64,000 bases of DNA from contig NZ_CP112998.1 of the NCBI RefSeq assembly GCF_026625565.1, forward strand, positions 6,603,194 to 6,667,193, given 5' to 3'. The notes below the pieces were generated by a model. The model saw only the letters and a program-made list of their open reading frames with translations. It ran no database searches and was not told the origin of the DNA. Origin of the DNA: Dyadobacter pollutisoli (GTDB taxonomy: Bacteria; Bacteroidota; Bacteroidia; Cytophagales; Spirosomataceae). Positions 18,799 through 27,442 of this stretch are shown here, piece by piece. Numbering within the stretch: the stretch's first letter is position 1; each line of letters begins with the position of its first letter. The position numbers were made by a program, and so were the translations under genes.

Positions 18799-20814
18799 TC
18801 ACATCACTACCAGCCATAATATCAATAAAAAGACACCCACCGCAGTCACAATGTAGTACGACTGGATTTTCCCGGTTTGTAAGCTTCGGGCAGCCTGTCC
18901 TGCGGAGCGTATTGAAAAAACAGTCAGGTTAACACCGCCATCTACAAAGATCTTGTCGAACCAGCCGATGAGATGCCCAAGTACGACGCTTCCTTTTGCA
19001 ATAAGGTCAATGAATGCGTCAATAACATGTTTTTCAAATATTTTTAAATACCTGGTGATGAAATCAAAAGGTATAATGAAGTAATGGTCATTGAAGAAGT
19101 CCCGCAGCCAGGATAGTTTGCTTGCTGCCATGGTGTTGCTTTCAGGCGTTTTTACATGGAATGGATTTTCAGTCCTCATTTCTCTGTATGCCAAACAGAT
19201 GGCAACAAAAGTGACCGCGCTTGCTACTGCCGGAACCCAGGCGAGATGAGCGCTTTCGTGAGGGTCGATGAATGAAAGGAACCAACCTGCCGCGTCAAAA
19301 GGATTCCATGAGAACCAGAAAAACAGGGATAGCATTGCCAAAAGAGCCATAGGCAGCCACATTACCACCGGGGATTCATGAGGATGAACCGAGGGGCTGA
19401 CATGGGACCGGGTTTCTCCAAAAAACACGAGCCATATTTGCCGGAACATGTAGTAGGCTGTTAGCCCGGCTGAAAAAATGACGATAATCGGGAAGATGTA
19501 TCCCAGAGCTCCGTATCTGGCCGCCCATAGAAAGCCTTCGGTGATAATGGCGTCTTTGGATAAAAAACCTGAGAAGAATGGTAAACCTGCCAATGCGGCT
19601 GCGCAAACTGAGAAGCATATGAATGTTATAGGCAATGCTTTTCGCAACCCGCCCATGGTCCGCATATCCTGAGGGTCAAATGATGGGTCTGATTCAGATG
19701 GTGTTACGGCATGGATCACCGAGCCTGCGGAAAGAAACAAGCCTGCTTTGAAAAATGCATGTGTCGCCAAATGAAAAAGTGCTGTTTGCCAGCTACCAAA
19801 TCCAACCGCAATGACCATCAGGCCGAGCTGTGACATGGTGGAGTAGGCGAGGACACGTTTGATATCCCATACTTTCATCGCTTTGAATGCACCGATCAGC
19901 ATGGTGATGGTTCCTATAATCGTAATGACCAGTCTGGCGTCGAATGTGAGCAGGAAGGATATTCTTGCCAATAAAAATATACCGGCGGCCACCATAGTAG
20001 CGGCGTGGATCAATGCTGAAACGGGGGTAGGGCCTTCCATGGCGTCGGGCAGCCAGCCTGAAAGTGGAAATTGCGCTGATTTTCCCATGCAGCCGCCAAA
20101 CAGGCAAAGACCGATAGCAGTAAGGATGCCTGGATTAATGGAATCGATTTTAAGAGAAAGTACCTCAAAGTCGGTAGAACCAATATAGTAAAACAGCATA
20201 AGTATACCCGTCAGAAAGGCGGCGTCGCCGATACGGTTCATTACAAATGCCTTTTGCGCAGCCCATACCGTTCGCGGTTTGAAATACCAGAAACCAATGA
20301 GCAGATAGGAGGAAAGGCCTACCAGTTCCCAGAAAATATACATGACCAGCAGGCTCCCGGAGAGCACAATTCCGATCATTGAAAAAAGGAACAGCTGGAT
20401 AAATGAAAAATAACGGTGCAGATTTTTATCATCATGCATGTAGGCCGTCGAGTACAGCTGAACCAGTAATGCGACGAAATGCACAACCGCCAACATAACG
20501 CAGGTAAGCGTATCGAAACGGAATGAAATGTCAATGGAGGTATCGCCGATCGTCAGCCAATGGAAGGTAACTGAATGCAAAACGCCTGGATCGGAATAGA
20601 GGAGGGAGATAACAAGCCCGGCTCCTGTAACAAGTGCGCCAGCCCAGCCGGCAATTTTATTTAGACTTTTTCCGCCAATCCAAAGCAATAAAAAACCCAA
20701 AAACGGCAATCCCAGCAGCAGATAAGCAGGTAACAGGTATGCAGAATCGGGCATAAGGTGCGGGAATTCGTTTGTTTCGGCAAATATCCTTAATTCGCGG
20801 CCGAATTCAAACAA
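18799..20814 (-). CDS. nuoL: NADH-quinone oxidoreductase subunit L family (NuoL/MrpA-like)
   Basis: 671 aa polytopic membrane protein; WLPDAMEGPTPVSALIHAATMV is the NuoL/ND5 signature; C-terminal extension. Confidence 0.8.
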   Translation of the reverse strand: MFEFGRELRIFAETNEFPHLMPDSAYLLPAYLLLGLPFLGFLLLWIGGKSLNKIAGWAGALVTGAGLVISLLYSDPGVLHSVTFHWLTIGDTSIDISFRFDTLTCVMLAVVHFVALLVQLYSTAYMHDDKNLHRYFSFIQLFLFSMIGIVLSGSLLVMYIFWELVGLSSYLLIGFWYFKPRTVWAAQKAFVMNRIGDAAFLTGILMLFYYIGSTDFEVLSLKIDSINPGILTAIGLCLFGGCMGKSAQFPLSGWLPDAMEGPTPVSALIHAATMVAAGIFLLARISFLLTFDARLVITIIGTITMLIGAFKAMKVWDIKRVLAYSTMSQLGLMVIAVGFGSWQTALFHLATHAFFKAGLFLSAGSVIHAVTPSESDPSFDPQDMRTMGGLRKALPITFICFSVCAAALAGLPFFSGFLSKDAIITEGFLWAARYGALGYIFPIIVIFSAGLTAYYMFRQIWLVFFGETRSHVSPSVHPHESPVVMWLPMALLAMLSLFFWFSWNPFDAAGWFLSFIDPHESAHLAWVPAVASAVTFVAICLAYREMRTENPFHVKTPESNTMAASKLSWLRDFFNDHYFIIPFDFITRYLKIFEKHVIDAFIDLIAKGSVVLGHLIGWFDKIFVDGGVNLTVFSIRSAGQAARSLQTGKIQSYYIVTAVGVFLLILWLVVM

Positions 20815-20816
20815 TG

Positions 20817-22028
20817 CTAGATGTCTTTCTCAATATCCTCAATCTTGGCGCCGCCGTGGATTACTTCCAGCAATTCGCGGAGGTCGTAGGTGGACCGGTT
20901 ATAAGAATTTCCAAGAACGATAATGACGGCTTCATCTTCGGGGCAAACCCAAAGCATGGTATTGTAGCCTTTCCACCAGCCACCGTGGTAGATAAAACGT
21001 GGAGAATTGTCTTCCTTAATGTGCATACGGAAGCCGTAGCCATAATTTCTGATGCCATTTCGTTCAAAGCTGCGGGGTTTGAATGCCTCGTCAAGCAGCT
21101 TTTTGTCCAGTAGCAAGCCTTTGGTAAGGCCATTGTAAAAGCGATAAATGTCCCCGGTAGTAGAATACAGTCCTTTATCGCCGACGACATCGTCATAGTA
21201 GTCCTTTTCTAGCTTGCGGCCAAACTGATGGCCGTCAGTTCTGTATTTTACTGCTGCGCTGGAAGTATCAGTAACCAAAAATGTATTCAACATACCCAGC
21301 GGCGCGAAAATTTGGTGGTATAAATATTTTCCGAAATCTTCGCCGGACACTTTCTCAACGATTGCAGCGAGTACGCAATAATTGGTATTACAATAATTGA
21401 ATGATCGGCCTGGGCGGTTGTAGGGAGTAGGGGTGGGCACCACCTTGGCATACCAATCCATGATGTCCAGGTTGTCAGGGTACTTTTTGCCGTGACGAAT
21501 GCTATCGGTAAATGAGTAAATGTAGTTGGGAAGACCGCTGCGATGGCTCAAAAGCATATCGACTTTTACGCCATGGTAGGGAAATTCTGGAAAAAACCGC
21601 TGAACAGAATCGTCGAGATTAACCCTTCCTTCCTGAATCAATTTCAGCACCGCAATAGCGGTAAATGGCTTGGATAACGAAGCCAGCTGGAACCTGGAAT
21701 CGGCAGTAAGCGTATCTTTTTGTTTGATATGGGCAAAGCCGAAGGAGTTCTGGTAAAGCACCTGACCTTTCTGAACGATCAGGACATTGCCATTAAAGCC
21801 AGCGTTTTTCTTCCTTCTGAAAATATCCTCGATTTTAGAGATTTTGAGGGCAGTTTCGGTGTCTGGATCTTTTACCGGGACTGGGTCAAGCTTCGCCATG
21901 ACCTTACCACCGACGATCACTTCCTCAGGGTTAGACTTACTTTTTCTTACCAATCCCCACGACACTACAAGGATTACCAGGACAGCTAATGCCGCCCACC
22001 ACACTTTCGGCTGCACTTTTTTCAACAT
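20817..22028 (-). CDS. Serine hydrolase, beta-lactamase/PBP fold
   Basis: S-x-x-K motif in FQLASLSKPFTAIAV; N-terminal TM/signal; 403 aa. Confidence 0.8.
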   Translation of the reverse strand: MLKKVQPKVWWAALAVLVILVVSWGLVRKSKSNPEEVIVGGKVMAKLDPVPVKDPDTETALKISKIEDIFRRKKNAGFNGNVLIVQKGQVLYQNSFGFAHIKQKDTLTADSRFQLASLSKPFTAIAVLKLIQEGRVNLDDSVQRFFPEFPYHGVKVDMLLSHRSGLPNYIYSFTDSIRHGKKYPDNLDIMDWYAKVVPTPTPYNRPGRSFNYCNTNYCVLAAIVEKVSGEDFGKYLYHQIFAPLGMLNTFLVTDTSSAAVKYRTDGHQFGRKLEKDYYDDVVGDKGLYSTTGDIYRFYNGLTKGLLLDKKLLDEAFKPRSFERNGIRNYGYGFRMHIKEDNSPRFIYHGGWWKGYNTMLWVCPEDEAVIIVLGNSYNRSTYDLRELLEVIHGGAKIEDIEKDI

Positions 22029-22115
22029 AGGTAATTTTTCTGGAACGTTGATCTATTAACGACAAATGGTCGCCCCTTTTTATACTTATTCTCTACAAAT
22101 TAAACTCAGAATGAC

Positions 22116-23252
22116 TTATGGAACTAGTATTTTAACATGTTCTTTGCGGCCATTTTTCTGATAAGTTAAGAAATATAAACCAGAAATTAGTAGTTGTTCG
22201 GGATATAAATGGATTAAATTTCCCTGAATTGGCTCAAAATGGAAGGAAATTGAGTTGCCGGATTGGTTGGAGAGGAGGAGGAAGTTTGGGTCGATATTTT
22301 GTCCGGAAATTGTAATTTTTTCAGGAGAGGCTGGATTGGGAAGTACCTGTATCGCGCTCTCCGGGGTAGGTGTGATGACATCCAAAGTCTTGGAAAATGA
22401 AAAGCTGCCATCCCGATCCACCATGCGCAGGCGATAGTAATTCGCTCCGGTCAATGGATTATCATCAATGAACTCGTACTGCATTCTGCCTGTCGTTTCG
22501 CCAGCAGCTTTCAATGTTCCTATCGCTTGGAAGTCTTTGAGGTCTGCACTGCGTTCAACGACAAATTCCTTGCTATTTTTCTCCCAGGCAGTTTCCCAGG
22601 AGAGCATTACCTTTTCCTCAGATTTTTCAGCTTTGAAATAGGTAATGTCAATGGGGAGGACGATGGCTAGGACTTGGCCGTTGATGATGATTTCGTCGAA
22701 CCAGAGGGTGCCATTGACAAAATTCACGGCATTGAATCCATAGATCCGAAATGAAAAGTTGTTGTTAGAAAGATTGTTAAAACTTACAGGAATGTTGTAA
22801 GAGTAGAAAGCATCTGGAGTTATTAATGTTGATGCCGCGACATCTGACGTAAAATTGTCGAGTACTGTACGCAATTTAAATGCTGATGGACCAACAGTAG
22901 AGCGTCGCAGGCGAAACGAAATCGAGGTTATGTTGTATTTGAAAGAATTCGCGCTAAATGAAAACTCCATACAACGACCCGCGGAAAAAGCAGCAGGCCA
23001 AGGTCTAATGACATAGCCAACAACCACGGCTCCACTTGCACTGTAAACGCTAAGCAAGGAGTAGGTATTGACCCCTCCTAGCAAAGATGCATCACTCGGT
23101 GAAAAGTTGGCATGGCTTGAAGTTCCTGCCTGATTGTAGTCCATTGACCATTTAATTTGGAAATTTTCCTGTGCATTAGCTCTAAACACAAAGATTAGCA
23201 TCATGATCATAGTCATTGCTGCGTTCTTAGGGGAGATGTAGTTCCTTTTCAT
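22116..23252 (-). CDS. T9SS type-A sorting-domain protein (378 aa)
   Basis: Signal peptide and C-terminal T9SS CTD (...IQVLPNPASPEKITISGQ...LISGLYFLTYQKNGRKEHVKILVP). Confidence 0.75.
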   Translation of the reverse strand: MKRNYISPKNAAMTMIMMLIFVFRANAQENFQIKWSMDYNQAGTSSHANFSPSDASLLGGVNTYSLLSVYSASGAVVVGYVIRPWPAAFSAGRCMEFSFSANSFKYNITSISFRLRRSTVGPSAFKLRTVLDNFTSDVAASTLITPDAFYSYNIPVSFNNLSNNNFSFRIYGFNAVNFVNGTLWFDEIIINGQVLAIVLPIDITYFKAEKSEEKVMLSWETAWEKNSKEFVVERSADLKDFQAIGTLKAAGETTGRMQYEFIDDNPLTGANYYRLRMVDRDGSFSFSKTLDVITPTPESAIQVLPNPASPEKITISGQNIDPNFLLLSNQSGNSISFHFEPIQGNLIHLYPEQLLISGLYFLTYQKNGRKEHVKILVP

Positions 23253-23388
23253 GCGAATTGTGGTTTACAGTATTTACTTTATGTAATACGGTAATGTGTT
23301 GAAAAGGTAACGGGGGTGTAGTAGGTTGGGAAATCTGGAAGAGAAAAGATTAAGTCCGAAATATTGAGTTTCAGTCTGAAAACTTAAA

Positions 23389-23427
23389 AAGCCCCTAAAA
23401 TGATCCATACGGGACGTTTAGGGGCTT
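23389..23427 (-). terminator. Terminator of the RHS-immunity operon
   Basis: AAGCCCCTAAA...TTTAGGGGCTT 11-bp stem followed on the minus strand by TTTTTAAGTTTT. Confidence 0.55.
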
Positions 23428-23480
23428 AATCATAACAGTTGGCCTGATTCAACTTACATTAGAGCTGTAAAGCCCTTTTT

Positions 23481-24032
23481 TCACTGTCGTGGTAATTCAT
23501 CTTGCCTGGCGGGCCTGACTCGTTTGAATTCAGGCTCTTTCAAATTTAAATCTGGTATTTTATAAAGTTTCAGCATTTCCATCCTGCTACTCAGACCCAA
23601 ACTTTGAAATTCAGATAAAACAGGGGTGTCGCGGCTGTACTGATCAAAACCGACAGATCTAAAAGAAATGATTCCGCTCTGTGTTTCGATCAACCAGTCC
23701 CATTCTGTTTTTTTATCTATATACTCTTCGTTCTTTGGCTTTCGAGGGTTTTCTCTATGTATGTCTGAAATCTCAATTTCTCCATCAGTTTCTAAATCAA
23801 TTTTCAAATCCCATACATTGTGAAAAACCAGGGTGGATGGAGATAGTAGGAATTTATAGTACTCACTTGTAGAATCCGTGATCCATTCAAAAATATAGTC
23901 AATATCAAGTATTAACCTAAAATTACTATCATCAGAAAGAATGGAATAGATTTTACAATCATGCCAGCCCATTTTCTCGAAGTCGGCATCGTTCCAGTTT
24001 TCTTTATATTTAGTGTTTTCCATGGGTCTCAT
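23481..24032 (-). CDS. Putative immunity protein for the RHS C-terminal toxin (183 aa, acidic, cytoplasmic)
   Basis: Start ATGA overlaps the RHS stop by 4 nt; no signal peptide; the position is that of a polymorphic-toxin immunity gene. The C-terminal 19 aa resemble the toxin C-terminus. Confidence 0.5.
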   Translation of the reverse strand: MRPMENTKYKENWNDADFEKMGWHDCKIYSILSDDSNFRLILDIDYIFEWITDSTSEYYKFLLSPSTLVFHNVWDLKIDLETDGEIEISDIHRENPRKPKNEEYIDKKTEWDWLIETQSGIISFRSVGFDQYSRDTPVLSEFQSLGLSSRMEMLKLYKIPDLNLKEPEFKRVRPARQDELPRQ

Positions 24033-27000
24033 TGGTTAGGAATTTCATCTTTTCTTGCTGGACGTACCGTTTTAGTGCCAGGCTCCTTAACATGTGGTGT
24101 TGGTACTCCACCATGCTGATTCCCCGTTATATCAACTCTCTTGGTTTCTTGAAATCCGCTAGGATTTTTCGGGTTCTCCTTATACGTTGCTGTATTCGTT
24201 GTTTTACCTGTTTTAGAATCGGTTCTAAACCTGCTATGGTCCCCTAGCGCTTTTGGATCTGGTTTTAAGTGATTGCTGCCCCGTCCAGTATTTTCAGTAG
24301 AACTTGCATTTACCCTCCCCTTATCATTCTTCAAATTATCAACCGCATTGATACTGATAGTAGCTCCTTGGGTCATCGCAGCTACGGCAACAGTTGCGCC
24401 AGCTAATGTAATAGGCAACGCGGCACCACCACTTGCTGCTGTTCCAAAACCAGATGCGCCTGCAACAAGTGCACCACCAGCAATTTCCGCTGCTCCAACA
24501 ACCATAGCTGCATAATGACCTGCCGTTCTGCCGCTATTGTAGGCACCTACATAACCTGGTGTCGCGGTAATAGGATTTCCACCATGAATGTCGTCATTTA
24601 ATGCTGATCCTATACCGGTTACAAAATCGCCGAGTCCTTTACAGCATTCCGGCCATCTTCCATCCGGATCAGAGAACCGTATCGGATTATTGAACGAGTA
24701 ATGATACGGAGAAAATCCATCTTGTCCCTCCGTATCCGGATCCACTGCCATAAACCGCCCTGTCGTCGGATCGTAGAATCTGGCCAGTAAATCAACATAT
24801 CCGGTGCCAATTTGAGTTTCTCGATTTAAAAAATTGTAGCGATTAACGGCATTCCGTGCCGCTGGGGTCTGAATTGGGCTGTTTCTATCAATCTCCAATC
24901 CAAACGGATAGTAATCCGTCCGCTGCAATAACTCCCCTTTCGCATTGAACACAACCCTGACATTGCCCAGATGATCTTTAAGGAAATATTCAAAACTTAC
25001 CTTATTTCCCCTGAGAACAGCTTGCCCTTCTTGCAATGGAATACGATATAACTGATTAGTTGCGCCAACTTGCCGATATTCAAATCCACCCGCATACTTT
25101 ACAGTCATAGTATCGGTCACGTACTTGTGTTTCGAACCAGCAGCATCATAATCGTAGATGAAAGTCTTACCAGCCATCGTTACGGTTTTAGGAAAATTCA
25201 AATAGTTATAGGTTAGTGTTGCACCGCGATTCCCGTCACTTGTCACATTGCCATTACCATCATATCCGTAACTACTTGCACCGCTTTTCACTCCCAGATT
25301 ACTCCCTGAGGCATCGTTGACAGCTGACAGCCGATTGCCGATGTATGTGTAGGTCAGATTATCCAAGACGGCACCGCCACGGACAAGTGTTTTGATATTT
25401 CCATTCTTGTCATAAGTGAGCCCGTTTTCGATTTCGGCATAACCATTCAATCCGGTGGAACTTAATATTCTGTTCGCACCGTCATAGTTGAAATTTAATC
25501 CTTTTGTAAAAGCAATTTCATCTTTGTTTTGCCATTGCATTTGGGAAATGTTACCATTCGTATAACTTGCACCGTCGGCATAACTTAGGCCAAATCCAAA
25601 AAAGGGTAAAGGTGGATCGCCAACAGCCTTCTTGTAAACAGTTTTTCCGTCTGTAAGCCAGCCACGAATGTTGTGGGTGTAATCAGTCCTTCTCACATAG
25701 TTCACGCCATCCATGGAATGAAACCATTTGCTTTGCAATTGGCCAAGTGCGTTGTAGCGATAAGCGGAGGTGTTAACTTCAATTATATCATCGTCAAAGT
25801 CAACTGTCTCCACCGCATCCAGAACACGGTCAGCATGATCATGTTGAAAATATATTTCATACCCTGTATTGAAATTCCCGGGGAATAGGTGAACGGTAGT
25901 CTGAATGTCAATTATAGGGGCCAAATCATATTTGTACATTCTCCAAGTACGTTCAATTGTCCCCGCTCCCAAATCATAAAGCTCCCTGTCAGTTTGGATT
26001 GGCCGATATTCTCCATCATAATAAGTAACACTCGTCAGCCAGCCACCTGTCGCACCATTTCCGGGAAGCATTCGTACTCGGCCTCCCGTAACCTGCCCTT
26101 TCACATTAGCATTGTTTGAAGGGTAGTAAAGAGCATTATAAGCCAGGTTCGCCGCCTTCGAAAACCCATAATCATCATAAAAAGTAATAGTCAACAAATC
26201 AGCCTCAGTAGCATTCAATGGAGCCGTTTTATTCAAAGTATAGCCTGCTGTTGTACCATTACTCCGTTCCTCATGGTGCTCTGCAATGGCGGCGACGTTC
26301 GATGTCCAGGTCGTACGGGTAGCATTCGTGGCAATTTCACCCGTTACTATCGGGCGGTTTTGAGCGTCGTATTTGGTGAAGCTCCATACTCCTCGGGCAA
26401 ACTGGTTGGCGTCACGCGATGCCACGAGCCGGTCGAACTGGTCATAGACGAGTTCGGTAATGCCGCCACCCGGGGTTCTTTTAATAACAACCCTTCCGAA
26501 TTCGTCATAATCGTAAGTAAAGGCGAAGTCGGTAAGCGAGGCCTGATCCTGGTATTGAGGTTGTAACACGGCACGCAGCAAACCAATGTCGTCATACACA
26601 TAGTAAGTCGACAAGATTACCGCGGATGGCCCGACCCCCGGGACGGCGACAACCTGCCTGCAAACCATGCGACCCAGCAAATCGGTATATTCTGTAACCG
26701 TTTTTCCTTCTTCGTCCGTAGTTTGTACGTAAGTTATTGTTCCGGGCGCATAGCCTCCGGGTTGCGAGATCACATTGGTGGGGATGTCATAATCGTATCG
26801 TTTTAATTCACCGCAACAATTGGTTTTGTACTTTACATTGGAGTTGGCACTTTTTCCTCCTGGTGCCCTTTGTCCAGTCACCCGGCTTAAAGGTGATTGT
26901 TCAAAAAAACTTTCCGTGTATGGTCTGGCCAGATCGGTCGCTTGTAAACCCGCAGAATTGGCAATGTACCAAGTCGCAGCACTGGGTACTCCATTGTTTT

Positions 27001-27331
27001 GGTAAGCGCCATTGCCCGAAGCTACATAAGGCAAATATTGCTTGGTCTGCCTTCCCGCCGCATCAAATTCAATGGGTTCCACAAAATCGCTGCCAGAAGG
27101 GCTTTGTCCGACGGTGACGTTTTGCTGTGGCCGACCGAGACCGTCCAGATATTGCACCTGTGTAACTACCTTGCTCACATCATTGGAATTGGCACCCGAC
27201 TGTTTATAAGTGCGTGAAATGATATAATTGCGGCTGTTGGTTTGCTGCGCGAGTACGATTCCCGGGAACAGGAAGAGCAGGAGAGTGATAATGTATTTGT
27301 GAAGATGGTTCATTTTTATGTTGTTGTTCAT
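24029..27331 (-). CDS. Secreted RHS/YD-repeat protein with a C-terminal polymorphic toxin domain (1100 aa)
   Basis: Signal peptide; multiple YD repeats (YDAQNRPI, YDGEYRPI, YDKNGNIKT, YGYDGNGN); RHS core end RFYDPTTGRFMAVDP...FSDPDGRW at about 24655-24670; then an about 208-aa variable C-terminal domain. Confidence 0.9.
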   Translation of the reverse strand: MNNNIKMNHLHKYIITLLLFLFPGIVLAQQTNSRNYIISRTYKQSGANSNDVSKVVTQVQYLDGLGRPQQNVTVGQSPSGSDFVEPIEFDAAGRQTKQYLPYVASGNGAYQNNGVPSAATWYIANSAGLQATDLARPYTESFFEQSPLSRVTGQRAPGGKSANSNVKYKTNCCGELKRYDYDIPTNVISQPGGYAPGTITYVQTTDEEGKTVTEYTDLLGRMVCRQVVAVPGVGPSAVILSTYYVYDDIGLLRAVLQPQYQDQASLTDFAFTYDYDEFGRVVIKRTPGGGITELVYDQFDRLVASRDANQFARGVWSFTKYDAQNRPIVTGEIATNATRTTWTSNVAAIAEHHEERSNGTTAGYTLNKTAPLNATEADLLTITFYDDYGFSKAANLAYNALYYPSNNANVKGQVTGGRVRMLPGNGATGGWLTSVTYYDGEYRPIQTDRELYDLGAGTIERTWRMYKYDLAPIIDIQTTVHLFPGNFNTGYEIYFQHDHADRVLDAVETVDFDDDIIEVNTSAYRYNALGQLQSKWFHSMDGVNYVRRTDYTHNIRGWLTDGKTVYKKAVGDPPLPFFGFGLSYADGASYTNGNISQMQWQNKDEIAFTKGLNFNYDGANRILSSTGLNGYAEIENGLTYDKNGNIKTLVRGGAVLDNLTYTYIGNRLSAVNDASGSNLGVKSGASSYGYDGNGNVTSDGNRGATLTYNYLNFPKTVTMAGKTFIYDYDAAGSKHKYVTDTMTVKYAGGFEYRQVGATNQLYRIPLQEGQAVLRGNKVSFEYFLKDHLGNVRVVFNAKGELLQRTDYYPFGLEIDRNSPIQTPAARNAVNRYNFLNRETQIGTGYVDLLARFYDPTTGRFMAVDPDTEGQDGFSPYHYSFNNPIRFSDPDGRWPECCKGLGDFVTGIGSALNDDIHGGNPITATPGYVGAYNSGRTAGHYAAMVVGAAEIAGGALVAGASGFGTAASGGAALPITLAGATVAVAAMTQGATISINAVDNLKNDKGRVNASSTENTGRGSNHLKPDPKALGDHSRFRTDSKTGKTTNTATYKENPKNPSGFQETKRVDITGNQHGGVPTPHVKEPGTKTVRPARKDEIPNQ

Positions 27332-27367
27332 GTATGGAAAAGGATGTTGGTGGAGCAGTCGGCAGTC

Positions 27368-27432
27368 GGCTATCGGCTTTCGGCCATTGACCGCTAACCA
27401 TTGTTTTTGCCGATGGCCGAAAGCTGATCGCC
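27368..27432. other. Long imperfect hairpin between the SpvB-like gene and the RHS gene
   Basis: GGCTATCGGCTTTCGGCCAT (27368-27387) pairs with ATGGCCGAAAGCTGATCGCC (27413-27432). 18 of 20 positions are complementary, with a 25-nt loop. Confidence 0.6.
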
Positions 27433-27442
27433 GAAAGCCGCC

